A DNA stretch of 64,000 nt from Pocillopora damicornis. Taxonomy: Eukaryota. Every line of letters starts with the position of its first letter. The stretch's first letter is position 1. This document shows, one piece after another, positions 34,088 to 48,674 of the stretch. Location of the stretch: positions 62,001-126,000 of the forward strand of contig NW_020845631.1 of assembly GCF_003704095.1 (NCBI RefSeq), in the 5' to 3' direction. The position numbers and the translations under genes were made by a program. The notes under the pieces are model-generated. The model was not told the origin of the DNA. It did no database searches and worked only from the letters and a program-made list of their open reading frames with translations.

Positions 34088-34225
34088 GAAAGCTGACTTT
34101 TAAAGTGTTAGCTCTTAGTAAGAGCGAATAGAGGAATTGTGGGTTTTGAACGGTTTATTTACAGAGAGATTGAGAAATGCTATCGATGGGACTATGGTAA
34201 CGTGTAAAACACAAAAATAAATGCT
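34088..34225 (-). mobile_element. Old PLE pLTR remnant with an inactivated hammerhead
   Basis: 34092-34125 aligns to 30028-30061, but both core boxes are mutated. Flanked by tagaggaattgtgggtt, as in the intact copy. Confidence 0.65.
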
Positions 34226-37200
34226 TATTCCTTGAACCTGCGCACAACTGACGCACCTATAGTGGATTGGAGTCATGTCGGAAGGGGCCTGACTGGCATG
34301 AATTTCGAAGTCATTTTGATTCCTACCAGCAAACTATACAAGACTTAGAGTTGGTGTTATCAGATCAGATTTCCTAGTTGTGTATTCAGAGGCTAGAACA
34401 TAATTGTATTTTCTCTAGCTCTTCAGGATACGATACTGCCACAGCTGATGGTCATTTTGATGTCATCTTCTATTGAGAATTGTTCCAGACGTTAACTAGG
34501 AATTCATTTTCAATCTCATTTCCTTTTTTCTATGCTTTCTCCACGCTCAAGCGGTTTCTATCTAGAACAGAATCCAATTCAGCACAATAAAAACTACTCC
34601 TCAGTGCTTCTGGCACAGCATATCATAGGGGCGTAGCCAGGATTTTTCAAAGGGGGTCACACTTTGATACTCACCAGTTTTCGCCACCAGGAAATTGAAG
34701 GTTGTTTTCTTAAAAAGAGCCTTACGAAGGGGGTTCATGGGCATTCGAGAACCTCCGCCTAGCTACGACCTTGGGTCACATTTCGAACGTTAAATGAGCA
34801 GTTTCTGAGATAGCTTTGCATTTACTATTTGTATCCATAAATTGAGTGTAACTGAAAGAATTACAAATGCAAACGCGAAAGAAATCGTAGTAAGAAGAGG
34901 ATGTCATTGATTTACTTAACTGACTTTTCCAATCAGTTATCCCCTAAATTGTCCTCTGTGACTTTGGGCGCGAGGGTTTTATAGGAAACGCAAGAATTGA
35001 AGAAAAATAAATATCTACTTTCTTACGAAGAATTTCATAGGGAATCGACAAGAGTGAGCTCTATCCTTTGAAGGATCTGTAGATCTCAACATGTTTCTTA
35101 CGTATTTTTATGAATTTTTTATGACCCGCATGATTCCGTATGCTTTGAGGCAATCAGCTTTTAGATCGAGTGCAATCATTTACGCTTAAAAAATGACAAT
35201 AAAAGAAACAAACACAGACATATTCTTTCGACATTCATCAAGATTCAAATTAAAATTTCTTTGGGATCTCATTGAACTTTCTGAGCATGATATTGTATAG
35301 ACCTACAGCTGACTCTTCGCAGCAAATCACTAGTAAATTCCCTTTCAGCAAGAGCTAAGGGAGGATAACCCTTTCTTGGTCCTTACTATAACACCCCTGA
35401 GCCGGATACCGCGAGGGCTCTCTGGCGATGTAACCGTTCATTTTACATATGTAACATACCTTGAGGAGAGAAAATTGTACCGTTTTACAAAGCTTAGAGA
35501 GCACCATCTGAGAAGCCAAAGTGTTTGGCATCTTCTCACTGTCGCATTCAAAGTGATTGCACTCTCCATGAAATATGACAAAATAAACTGAATGTCGTTT
35601 TTGCCTGTCACACCGTGAGATTCTAAGTTTTTTTTAAAATCAAATGACATTCGTAAAATTAAAAAAAATTCAATCAAGTTAATTGTAAACACAAATCCTT
35701 TCTCCGCTTAGGTTCACAATAGAAATCCGGTGCCGACAAAGCCTATCATGAGATTATTTTGCAAAGATAATCAATTTTATAAAAATACCGCCATGGGAAA
35801 ATTTATTATGAAATTGAAAACGATTCACAACTGCTTTCATTTTTACCAATGTGACTCCTTTTTTATTGAATCAAGGCACATCTCGTCTAACAAAGTGTGT
35901 TGGTGTAATACTAGAAAAGGATATTTTCTATGCAAATCACACCTCTCAGCGGCAATTTAATTAAAAAAAGGCTAACTGATACGAAAGACGATAAAAACGA
36001 TGGCGCATTTAACATTTTAGAAGAGGACAATTTAAGGAAAGTAGACATAGCTATTCATGAAATTGTAAGTTTAACAGGCTTCTACGGACGCCCTCACCCC
36101 ACCACGCTATTCTGCCAGTGGTTTTTATGCCAAACCATCTAAAAAAGCATGTTGATCTGAAAAAAGGAGGATTAAACGACATCAAACCCTGATTAATACA
36201 GATAATCAGATTTAGATTGACAAAACTTAAGCAGATCCGTTAGAATGCGAGCCTACGCGGCGAGATTATTGAACTCTAATGCGACTGAACTTTTGAGTAA
36301 ATCGCAGGGCTCACAACCGATCAAACGTGATTTAAACTTGAGGACATAAGGAAATATCTTAGGAATCAAATAAAACTGACCATAATGATTACCTTCACAT
36401 ACCTCATTGCATTGGCATGACGTGGATAAAGAAATAACTACTAACATGCCAATGATCATTACCACCTCGTTTCTGTTTTACATGCTGGTTCATCCTAATG
36501 TGAAAATTACTGAAAGCCGATTTGCTGCAAAAGAGACCCCTGTTTTTCATAATCACGAGGGCTCTTAATGGTAAACAAAACGATATGTTTATTTTATCCT
36601 GATCGGCTGAGAGTGCTGATCTCCGCCATGAGTTGGTTCTCACTCAAAAAAAGCTTTGAAAAAAGGATGAAAAACACAAAGCATCCAAGCCTCAGATTCT
36701 TTGGAATAAATATACTATTTCAGATGGCTTGTTGTCTATAACTGTTCGGTGTCAGACCATTTGAAGCATCATATGTAGGGATCATCACAAAAAGCGCAAT
36801 GTTATGCAGGTCCTTTTATACGCATTTACAGCTGACGGACCGAGCTGACTCCCATTGAAATACTTCCGATGTCGTTAAAGGTTAGCTAGAAAGAAGAACG
36901 ACAAACAGCGGTTGTGGTTGCCTGACCACTGATATTTTTTTCGTGGCCCGCTTTATCGCTTTTTTCCACTGACCAAGGCTACAGGCTAAGCTTTTCACGC
37001 TTTTCCACGTACAAATCGCCAGGCATATGGAAAGCATTTGAAAAGGATATGGAAAATGACATCCCTTGCAAAAAGTGTTTTAAGATGAAAAACTAGTTAA
37101 AAAATTGAAGCCAGCAGAAAAGAACCTTCGACTTACATATACGGCCTATGGCCCATACTATTGACGTTTTGTGATTCAAGACTATGGCTGGAGTCAAGTG

Positions 37201-37908
37201 AAAGATGGCCAAGATTTTAGTTTTATTTATTAGTAAACTTAACCCTTTTGATCTTATCAATGATGTCACATGTTTTGCTTTTAGCCAATGAGCGAGCCTT
37301 CCTGAATTATCCCTTCTGAGGAGGGGATAAGGATAAATTGCTCTATATGCAGAGCGTGATCTTGGTTTTGAGTTAAAGTATTAATGACAATTTGTGAGGC
37401 TAAGTGTTATCCAATCGAGTTCTTTTATTCCTGAGGTGTTTAAGAGAAGTAGTATTTTTCTTGCTCTTGAATTAGTATAAGATTTGTTCCAAAGTTCACG
37501 GCACAATCATTAATTTACTCAACTGCCGTCGGAAATTTAGTGGGTACATGGTCTTGGTTAATTACCATGATAATCATCGCTTTCAAAAAAGTCCGTGAAA
37601 GTGCCTTTAATTTGTGATTTGTTATGGCTGTTAACATGAAAACTTGAATAATTTCCACTCTAAGACTTTAAATTGCTTTTAAGGGCCCGAGAATGGAGTG
37701 AAATGAAAATACTACAAAATACTTACGGTGTTCATCTTGGGGTAGCCGGCATAGATCAGCTCGGATATTCAGAGAGACTTGATGTTGATGGCTCATGCTT
37801 AAAGACCTTATGAAACTGTAGCTGAATCTGCCAGTTTAATCTCAATGGAAAGGGTCACAATCATGAACTAAACTTCAAATCCGTATAAGAAAGGGGCGAA
37901 AAATATGA

Positions 37909-37982
37909 GTCTGTGTTGCTCATGCTTTATAACGGATTCGCACATGTCTGTGTTGCTCATGCTTAATAACGGATTCGCACAT
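37909..37982 (+). repeat. Tandem duplication, 37 bp x2 (1 mismatch)
   Basis: gtctgtgttgctcatgctt(t/a)ataacggattcgcacat occurs twice. Confidence 0.9.
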
Positions 37983-40900
37983 GATGTAATGAATGTTTTT
38001 AACGCCAAGCAACGCAGGTGTTATTACCACTTTCAGGCTTTTAACGAGTCAAATAATGTTTACGACATCAAGCAGTCGTAAGACTTGAGTTGTGTGGCGT
38101 TATAAAACAAGAAAGCCTATGTAAAACCGCCCCCTACCCTAAATAATTTACATTGTTAAAGAGATTCTTAGACTTTAATTTCACTGAAAAACATAAATCT
38201 AAGATGAATTAGCCATGAGAGAGGGACGGCTAAGATGACAATAGTTTTTCATCCTCCAACTTTAATTTACTCTTGTCAAAAGACACAAAGAAGAAATATT
38301 GTATGTTTACCTAAAGTACAAAAGCGTTTTCGTGGGTCGTGAATTAAAGGTAGCCGCAACTCAAAGCTCTTAATGATTACATTCTTTCAAAATTTTTCTT
38401 TTATCAATTCACAAATTAGAGGAACAAAACCCGCGACCGATTGGCGCCAGAAATTATGAGCACGTGTTCAATATCACCAGTACAGAAATCATGAATACGT
38501 TGATCTTTAGTGAAAATAGGTTTCACTGGACAATGATAAATTTAATGTACCTTTGATGTTGAACAGCATTTAAGGATGCTCTTCGGTGACAAGCTTCAAC
38601 TCATAGTCGCTATTTTGAGTTCATTTGATCAGTTTGATGCTCTCAATTCATCAATGAAACAGGCTGTTCAAATAAATCACCTTAAGGCTTTGAAACAAAA
38701 GAAAAAATAAATGATTTTATTCACTTAGTACTATAAATAATTAACTCTTTTTACACGTAAAAAGCCATGTTTTAGATTCAACAATAATTGTAGGGATTCA
38801 TGAAAACATTGGTCATGAGCGCCACTCATTTTTAACCGTCGTTCTAAAGAGGTGCTTTGAGTAGGAGTTGCTATTTGCCGAATACGGTGGGCACGTATAT
38901 TATTGGCACCTAAAGAAGACCTTCTCTTTTTACAGGCTCTGAACCTGCGATTTCATTAAGTTTTTTTTAGAAAATTAATCGAGGCAAAATCCCCAGAAAA
39001 TGTGGAAACAGTACCGAGGTATTTGGAAAACATGTATCATCAAGTTCGGGCCCTACAGCGCATGATTCTACAAACGACTGCTGTGGTGGAGGAAAAAAAA
39101 GAAACAGCTCACTTGAAAAATCGACCTACACTGAAAGTGGTGAGGGAGAGAACCTTTTGATTAACTGAATTTTAGTTACTTATTCATTCTTCATTGGCAA
39201 AATGGTTTATTTTCAATATGTTATTTTGAGTTTTTGCTATTTCTTCCAAGAATCTTCGGCTAGTTATGCGCACAGATTGGATGGGAGTAATTTCTAGACT
39301 CCCAAGAAATAAGCTTACGGTAGGATCCACTGACTATTGAAAAAGATGATATGATTATGTGGCCAGAAAACGAATTGAGTCCGAGAGATAACAAAAAACC
39401 TTAAAAGTGGGAACCCTAATGAATTTGCTGTTTATGGCTTAAAAGCCGTTTCTTGCAGGTCATAATATAACTAATTATGAGCGTAGGTGACAATCATATA
39501 CCGTGTAAGTCCACTACTATGACAACAACCAAATACAACAAATTCAAGTATTCCGTAGGATGGTCCATGAATTATATTTTGCTTTAAAATAACAGTCTGT
39601 TGAACAGGTAACTTTCAATATTTCAAGTACTCATGCTAAGTTTGAAAAAATATGACCTCGTTGTTGCCTGACTGTTGGTAATTATAAGTAAGTAAACCTC
39701 AGCGTGGAAAATCCTTTTTTGTAAGGGGACCCATTTAGTTAGGTACGTTATCAATGGTTCTCAGAGGGGCACTTATAGGACCCTTGTCATGACTGTTCAC
39801 GGCTTTTTAAGATATAATATAATCTTGTACACTAAAACTTACTTACACCTTTGCGAAAAAAAAATTATCATAGTTTTTCGACTTCTGCCCTTAAATTCGT
39901 CAACCATGATGGCTGAAAGAATTTGAATTGACAATGGTAAGCTTTGTTTCATAGTTAATACCATAGCACTGGCAAATGATACGCTTCACTTCATATACCT
40001 CATCCCAGGGTACAAATGCCAAACTGCATAGGATATCCGCCTCAGGTCTGAAAAAAACGCTGCAAAAAATTGCCAAGAAATACTTTGACAACGAGGCCAT
40101 AATCGAAACAAGTAAAAAATTTCCTGCTTGTGAGAAGATTGTGTAGTTTACTGCATGACCCGTAACAATTTAGGGCTTTTGTCCGTAGCCAGAGTCTTTT
40201 AGTTTATTTAACGCCAATTACCCTGAACTTCAATGGGAAAATGAAAGTTATACTTTGGTTTCTTTGGTAACATTCAAAACAGACTAACGACTTAAGAATT
40301 CTCTCTCTTATCTACGTGAAAACTGCAGATGAAAGATAGCAAAAAATCGGTTAAATACAAGAGAGGAGACATCAAAGAAATGACTAAGTTTGTGACCTGA
40401 TATACAACTAATAAACTAGTCTGGGAGCAAACAAATGTCGTAAAATACGGTAGAGAAGTTTGTGTTGAAAGAAAGCCATTGTTCGAGAATTGTTCATTGG
40501 GACCTAGTAAACATGAAATTGTTATGACTGATTTGACTTGTTGGGATTTAATCCTGCGGACTTTTAAAGATTAGGATGGAAACATGACGAGAGTAGACAA
40601 ACTCCGTATACGACCTTTAAACTTTAGTGAATGCAAACTTTTGCTTATCAAATGAGGGTATCACGGGAGAGTAATCCCTACAATGCCCTCGTGCTTAGCC
40701 AGACAGAGCGCCTGTTACTTTGACTTCGAGCAATAGCCTTACAATAAGTGATAAAAGATACTTCATAACTTTGCTTCCGATCAAATATGTAAGGTTATAA
40801 AAGCTTAATAAGTGCCAACGCCGAGCGAATGTTGATTCATATTCAAGGGTCTTCAAAGTTAGTCGCCGAGCAGAAAAGTACACAAAATATGATAAAGTTT

Positions 40901-43900
40901 ACTAAAGTCGAATTTTTGTTTGTATTGTCATCCTAAAAGGAATGGCGATGGGTATTGCTGCAATTTCACAAGGCCACACTTTCTGGCCCTTGGTTTTAGA
41001 AGAAAAACTGAGTCAGCCATTTCATTAAGAAACATCAATAAATAATTCATCAACTTCTTTTGACAGTAGTTACAACCGTTAAGATTCTTGAACTTTAAAA
41101 TCTCATTCGCAAACTAATTATATCTATTCAAATGACGCCAATTATAACTACAGCTTTATGTGCAATTACCATCTTTTACCGCCGTCTTTGTCGGCCGAGA
41201 AATTAACCGAAGTAAACTAAATTCATCTCCAAAGCAGTTGATGCTTTACCTTGCCCCGCCAGATGAAATCTCCCCTCAAAACGACAAACGGTAAAAAAAT
41301 TTTTTGTATCTATTTCATTTTAAGGATTCTAATATCTGATGATTTTTGGAGTCTTTCTTCAGTTTATGAGTACAAGAAGAGAACACCAAATGGACCCCCC
41401 TCAAAGGCGGAGCGAAACGCTTCGTATTCGTAGAGCTTTCGCAGGAAGGGATACTATGACCGCGGGCCAAAAAAAAAGCTAAGCCGTCATGTTAGATTTC
41501 TGTAACCTCAGTATGATTTTGAAATCGATCCCGGTTTTCGAAGGCAATTGATGCATCCACAACGGCTGCAATCACATCTTATTGAACACATATATTATTA
41601 GATTGATTGTTAGCTTTTCGGTTGAAGGGTTAACTTTCGAATTTTAGTGGGTGTTTCTCTGGTTAGAATTGATCGAAAGGGCTCTCTCTCAGGCCATTTG
41701 CTATTCTAATTCTAGCAGTGCTTGAGACTCACTTGTGTGAATGAGAGTCGGCCCACAGCAAATTTAACAACTTGTTTGTAGTTTTTGCTCAGTCCATCTC
41801 AGTTCTCAATCTTTCAATTATAAAAACCGATAACAAAAAGGCATCATGTTCACTTTCTTTAACGTGAATGGTTAGAGATACGATAATGATCACGGAAAAC
41901 CAGGCGAATGAATGGGTTAAATATAGTAATAATTACTACTAACTTAGATTTCAAATACATGAGGATTAAATGCGGGAATTAACCTGTTAAAATACAAACG
42001 CCATTTGGGTGTTGCACGAGTTTTAATTAAATTGCTTGAGCCAAGTCTTAATCACTATCTTAATCACTATTTGGTGTAGAGTGAACTGGAGCTCATTGAC
42101 GGTACTACCACCTAGATGATAAATATACGTAATTGAACGAGCGTGATGATTAGTTACTGGCGTTGCTTTTTTGCGGACCGAGGCGAGGTCGAGGTCCATA
42201 AAACCCCCATAAAAAGAATGAGGCTAATATCCAGCCATCTTCACCAAACGAGCTTGGTCAATTAAGGATTTATTGCAGATAGCATTAGATTTCGCCCTGA
42301 TGATACTTTATAATACAATGACTTGTTTATTTGTTTATTTTCGAGCGCTGGGAAAGATAGCCTTTTGTGATGGCGCCTTTTTCATTTGACAAATGTGTTT
42401 TTACCGTCTTCTCCCGTTTTTTTTTCGATTTCATTGCTGACTTTGTCCAAAAATTACGAACTCGGGCAAATAATAAACCGCAAAACAGACATGCTCAAAG
42501 AATTTCCTTATGGTTAACACGAAGAGGGGCACCTACTCATCGTCTAGTCGAGAAGTAGTCGCCGCAAAGTTCACGATCTTTTTGTGCATCAGTTCACTAA
42601 AACTTGAACAGCTTGGGACAGATGTTGTTTGATATCTCTCGGAATTGTCAAACAATTTTCAAATTTGATAATTTATTTTTGCTTTGTTTAGAGTTATTTT
42701 GTTTTTTGTTTTGTTTTGTTTTGTTTTTTTATCATAAAATTATGGATTAAGTTTCACTCTACTTCAATATTTTATAATCTATCGCTCGTATTGGTGTATA
42801 TTAGAATACTAAAGAACTTTAATTTAGTACCACGAAGGCTGGGACTTCGTCGAGGTCATTTGTTTATGTGTGCACGGTGGGTATGCTACCGAGACCACAT
42901 CAGATCAGTCTAAATGAAGACCTCTTCCAATAACGAAAGGTTCGTTTCCAGCGATGAATAGCTACTGTCATGAAATATATCGGAGATAAAAGATGTCATT
43001 CTCAAACGACAGCATGTGTCATTTTACGACCCATTAATCTTCGAATTACTTAAAATGCTTCGGGCGTATTCCCCAGCGTGCAGGCGAAGAAGAATTAATC
43101 CAATCAAATGTGTGCAGCTCTCGACAGGTAGCAGGCACAAGCATGATGTGTCTGAGAAACAAAATATTTAGTAAGCAACATCTGCTCAAAGTTGAAACCG
43201 CAGAATTACCCTCAAGATAAGTCCGCTGTTTATAAGACTAGTGGCATATCCTACCACGGACAGTAGAACATTCAAGGTGCATTTTATTGAAATAAGTCAA
43301 CCCGTACAAAAGCTCATTAAATGGCTTTGCTAACAATGTTTGCCTTCGTCAAACTTTATGCACAGATCTTCGTCTCATTTTGACTATTCGAGAAAAGTAA
43401 ACTAACAAAAATTTTTTGGGATAAAATTCATTCGATGGCAATGGATCACTACATCTTAGAAACAGGTTCATTTGCATACATGGGCAGAAGACTTTGGACG
43501 CCTCTACTCAACTATTCAATGCGTTGGTCGTTTTCTCAACAGTTATCTATATTTCAATACTTCAGTTTTCCAAAATGAATGATGTGGTTAATTGCGTTGG
43601 CAAGGACTGCGGGTGATCAGATGTTTATAGACGATGGAGCAAGTATAAACGCCGACATCTTTACGAATTTCGTTTGAATGTTGCCAACAAAACTTGAAGG
43701 CTAGAATATTCTGGTTATTAAATCACTGAGCTGTTTTTGTGTTTTATTTCTGTGAGTTATTAATAGCCGGATGATTTTGCGTTACTTGATTCTACAATGA
43801 ATGACAACTGGCTGAATTACCAACAAATAAAAAAAAAAGTCCTGAAAAATATCATTAAAAAGGCAAATTTGTACGGTGGGTCTAGTATCTTTACATCCGA

Positions 43901-46900
43901 TCATGAGCTATTTCGTTATTGCTTTTTTAAAGTTGTTTCTTATTAATCCAAGCCTCCAGAAGTTAACGTATTGTAACGAGAAAAAAGATACCCCACTGAG
44001 AAAGAAATAAAATTCATCGGTTTTTAGTTTTCCGATCTTTTAAAAAACTAAAATAACAGATGCTATTATGTCGATATATCACACAATTTAGTGACTAATT
44101 ACAATATTCGTAAGTAAGAATATTACGGCGTATGTAAGAGGCAGATTGCTGATGGGTGTCTTATCGTCCATCTGATTATGAAATGAGAAGACACTGTGAG
44201 CTGAGCGAACTGAGCACTCCTCAATTTAGCTTTTAAACTCTTTCAAAGTGTTATTATGGTAATAAGTAATATTACTGATACTCTAGTCATTAATGCTTCT
44301 CGGTAATTCCCGCTGGGCATAAAAATTATAAAATTTGTTTGCCTTTTAAATGAAAGCTACAAAAACACTGCGACGAGCTGGTCTGTGTGAGATAAGGCGC
44401 CTTGAGAAATCATCGGCTCAGTTGGCCAAGATCATCACGGTAAGAGGAAATGAAACCGAATAATTAAGAAACTCTGCACACTTAGGGCGCAGAGGGTTTT
44501 GCAGTAGACATAGCTATAAGAGAGGAAAAACAAGCACATAAGCTGCGGTTTCCAAGTTAACTCATTTGGCTTGTGTTTTCTCGCTTGGTTTTATTTACAG
44601 GTAGTTTTCATTCTCATTTCTTCAGAATATTTACAAGTGAAAGCTACTCAAGATATATGTCAACTATGACATTTTTTCAAACCACCATCAGTGAAGAAAA
44701 ATATCATTTGCTTACGCGACTATGGCAGCGTTACATGTCATCCTTGCTACTAGAATTTAATTGATTTTACGTAGTAGCCTTCATTTACAGTGCTACTTGA
44801 AGGTTAGGATCAACACTTGTACCCTGTAAAACATTTCTTCTGATAAACCAGTCATATAATGGTGTAACTAGATTTTTGGTACGTTGAACATGAGATTAAA
44901 ACCGTGACCACCTTGCATGGTGTATTTTAAATTAATAGATGAGAGTGTACTGACACAGGCATACTTAAAAAAACAAGGCAATTTAAGAACGATAGCAGAT
45001 TCCAGAATAAGATTCCACATGTATATCTGCGATGTGAAGCAGTTTGTGCGCGCAGTCGTCTATCAGAAGAAGAAGGTTATGAGTTCTTTAAAGCGACACA
45101 CCGAAAGGTTCAGTTTTTAATGAAAACACACGGTTGTGTTGCTTAAGAATTAAAATACCAAAGAACAGGGGACTGAAAATGTTTTCATTGCAAAATTGTT
45201 GACGAAATCGTGAATTTTAGTTATTTCATATTCGCTCGCTTTCAAATCCTTATCTTAATCAGGTTTCATCTTTTCTGTCTCGAGGTCGCGTAGCAACAAG
45301 ATGTTTATCATACAGTAGCAAAGCCAACTTAGCCGCGAATTGAATTCAGTTGGGGGAGGTTGTACTTAAGACATCAATAGAGAAGACATCTCTAATATTA
45401 TCTCCATCGCTTTCATGGTTTTCCTCCGTCTCCGCGCCTAAGCTTAAAAGATAACGATAAAATGTTCTTTCGCTGCTTGAAAAATCGCTCATCAGGTTTT
45501 TCACTCTTAATTTTACTTCACAAACAGCAGTGTACAAGGACATACTTAATCCTTTTTGCGAGCGACAATAGGGTGTGTTCACATTTCGTTTTTATGTTTC
45601 CAGCGCTATCTCTTACATTTTAACTGGCCACTGTAATCGACACTGCGAGTTTTTTTTTTCTGAGATGCTAAAATTGTTTCTCTATCATACCAGAAGTCAT
45701 CAAAGGAATATATGAATAATTTTCTCTCCTAACAGAAAGATATTTACATCTGAGGTAACGTTAACGTTTTTTTCAAACAAATTATTATATTTAAATGATA
45801 CCTAGATAAGTAGCAGGAAAAGTATTATCTCCTAATTTACGTTTGTCTATTGCTTGAAACTGTTTTGTGTACTTTAACCCAACATTATCCAGAGCGAAAT
45901 TGGAAATTAATTACGTGTCTATTATTTTCTCCCATTTGGCTCTTTCTGGAAGTTGCGGTTTGTAAACAGGAATAATGATTTCACAGCACTGTGCGATATG
46001 AACGGATTCCCATTCGACAAAAGTGTTAATGAGAACTGGCGGTAAACCTAGCTTTGACCGATCCAACAAACACCATCAGCGAATAATTAGCCTAACGTGC
46101 AAGCTTATATAAACGTAGTTGGTTTATGAAATTAATTCATCGACTGCAGGAAACCCCACGGCTTTTCTCAAAAACATGTCGGTGGATTCTTCTGAAACAT
46201 ATAATTTTCTTGTAGGTCCATTAGAATAGCAAAGCTCTTCAGAATAGAGACGACTTGTGGCCGCAATTGTCTCGCTGTCAACCATCTAAAACAAGATTTT
46301 TGTCGCTGGAGCTGATCGAGCCGGACAACCGCAGGTGCGTTTAAATGTTACAAACCTTAACTGTGGAACTTGTGTAGAACCCGCTACGGACGTTAAACAT
46401 TTCGTCGAGCAAAGGAGACTTTTTTCTTAATTGATTTGCTCTCGGCTTATTTCGATTCAAGATTTTTAATTAGGCATGCACTAACTTATTCGCCGACACC
46501 AGCAAGTACCAATCCAGCAATATCAAGCAAAGTTACTTCATCTAAATCTTGATTTATTTCTGATATACATGTACCTGCAGATGCTTTACAGTGAGATATC
46601 TCTACAATTTAAAAATCATAACCAATAACGTGAGTTTGATATTTGTGTGATAACACAAGCACGTCATATAAAGACAAATTGTATTAAATATTTTATGTTT
46701 TACGTTTCATATGTCAAATTTGTCTCAACCGCACAGAGCATGATACATGAATCGAAAACAAAGGACGATTTAATTTTAAGCTGAGAGCTTCCACTTGGAT
46801 TAACCGTCTGGGTCCATGAATCACCTACAAATCAATAGTTAAGCGGGCGTCAAACAGGATATAAAGCACATCTTTCTGAGTCAGCTGAAATATACAGTTG

Positions 46901-47051
46901 TAAGTCATGAAATGCGCATTCCTCAATACATGAATCTAAATTTACACAGAAACAATTTTTCGATCGGTAAAGCTGAGAAGAGCATTGTTTTTTCCTTTCT
47001 TTTTCTCTTTCCAGTTTTGGTAAACAATTCACTTCAGACAGATAATGAATA

Positions 47052-47180
47052 TGTTGTGGATCAATTTTATCCTTGGTTCAAATTTTATTTTCCTTTGTTT
47101 CAAACTCATTATCATACATTACAATGCCCAAAAACAAAAGAAAATAAAATTTGAACCAAGGATAAAATTGAACCATGACA
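47052..47180. mobile_element. Small MITE (about 130 bp) with about 41-bp TIRs, upstream of the first GPCR CDS
   Basis: tgttgtggatcaattttatccttggttcaaattttattttc ... gaaaataaaatttgaaccaaggataaaattgaaccatgaca; TA on both flanks. Confidence 0.8.
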
Positions 47181-47609
47181 TATACACAGTGCGTACTTAA
47201 CAGGACATGAATTTGAACAATAGTGATCGTCTTTTCAGTCATTATTTTTTACATTTTATTACACTTTCTATCTATTGGAAGAATTCAACATTCTGATCAT
47301 CATTGTAACTTTGCACATCGGATTCCTGCAAGTTGACAGGACAGCATTCACATCAATTTTCTCTTAAGATTTGAAGGCAAGAGTCACTTTAGTATGAGAT
47401 CTGCTGGCAGTCTGCCTCTATTTTCATGAACCAGGTTCCTTATTATATTTTGTTAAGCGTAAGGCAAAGGAAGAATTACAAAAGAATCGAATCAGAATTT
47501 GAGAGGAGGCTGATTACTGATGCGAGAATCAATGTGGGATGAAGCATTACGCTTCAACTCTGATTTCATGTTTCTATTACTCTATAGATCCCGTTGGCAG
47601 GGAGTCAGA

Positions 47610-48674
47610 ATGTCTAACAGCTCCAATTACACAAACTCAAGCGTTCCTTTCAGTGTTGGCTCACCTTTCATCGCTGTACAATATCTGGTGACTTGGTGTA
47701 TAGTGTATTTGATAATCGCCGCTTTCGCAATATGCGGAAACGTGCTCATCATTTTTGTGTTTTCAAAGAAGCGACACTTAAGGACAAGAACCAACTACTT
47801 TGTAATTGGTCTGGCATTTGGTGATATCTTGGTAGGAACTGTAACAATTCCATTGTACGCGACCTTATTAATCTTATTGTTCAATCAAGATTTTAAAGCA
47901 GCGGTTCTCGTGAAAACGATATTCAGCCCGATGGATATTCTGTCGGGAATGTTGTCTATTCTTCATTTGATGACCATCAGTGTTGAACGCGTATATGCCA
48001 TAGCTTTTCCCTTGCGGCATCGCACCTCATCTGCCCGATTCAACTTTATAGTGCTTGGTATTGTTTGGTTAACAGCCGCTGGCATAGCGTCTCTAAACTT
48101 CTTCATACCAAAAGGACCCGAGTGGAAGGGTACTTTCCTCATATATTCAACACTTGGCTTTTTTGTGCCATTTTCAGTCATTTTCTTTGCTTACACCTCA
48201 ATTTGGATCATAGTCAAAAGTAGAACAAAGATACCGAGAAACAGAGCTCGTGTTATGAAAAAGGAAAGCCGCACGGCAATAACCATTTTTGCTTTAATTC
48301 TCCTCTTCCTCGTCACGTGGTTGCCATTTTTCAGCCTCAATTTGGTGTTGTTCTCATGTTCGAGTTGCGCGGCCGGCGTGTCACTCCAGGTTGTTTTTTT
48401 CTTCAAGGCGCTACATTACAGTGGGTCAGCATTAAATCCCTTAGTATACTCAGCGCGCATGCCTGAGTTCCGAAGACCAATCACCATACTTCTCAAAGAA
48501 AGAAGGTTGACAGGATCTTTTTATCGTCAATCGACAGACCGATACTCCTTCAGAAGAACCAGTTCTCGGCGTTATGATGTTGAGCTGTCTGACTTGCATG
48601 AAGGACAAAGCACTTGTAGTGGAAGTGAAATCATTGGGATGACCTCAAATGGAAATGACTCAGAAAAGCAATGA
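47610..48674 (+). CDS. Class A (rhodopsin-like) GPCR, aminergic/adenosine-receptor-like, single coding exon, about 354 aa
   Basis: ORF 47520..48674 has 7 hydrophobic segments with GN (TM1), LAFGD (TM2), ERV (TM3), WLPFF (TM6), NPLVY (TM7) and N-terminal N-glycosylation sequons (NSS, NYT). A pyrimidine tract plus AG at 47586-47587 suggests the real start is MSNSS at 47610. Confidence 0.92.
   Translation: MSNSSNYTNSSVPFSVGSPFIAVQYLVTWCIVYLIIAAFAICGNVLIIFVFSKKRHLRTRTNYFVIGLAFGDILVGTVTIPLYATLLILLFNQDFKAAVLVKTIFSPMDILSGMLSILHLMTISVERVYAIAFPLRHRTSSARFNFIVLGIVWLTAAGIASLNFFIPKGPEWKGTFLIYSTLGFFVPFSVIFFAYTSIWIIVKSRTKIPRNRARVMKKESRTAITIFALILLFLVTWLPFFSLNLVLFSCSSCAAGVSLQVVFFFKALHYSGSALNPLVYSARMPEFRRPITILLKERRLTGSFYRQSTDRYSFRRTSSRRYDVELSDLHEGQSTCSGSEIIGMTSNGNDSEKQ

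Noticed and set aside
42125-42275. Probable dispersed repeats here, at about 23275-23510 and at about 53700-53990
   Set aside because: They look like common interspersed repeats, but boundaries and class cannot be supported from this window alone.
47520-47609. N-terminal 30 aa of the 384-aa GPCR ORF
   Set aside because: It contains a polypyrimidine tract and AG acceptor, so it is probably intron/UTR rather than coding.
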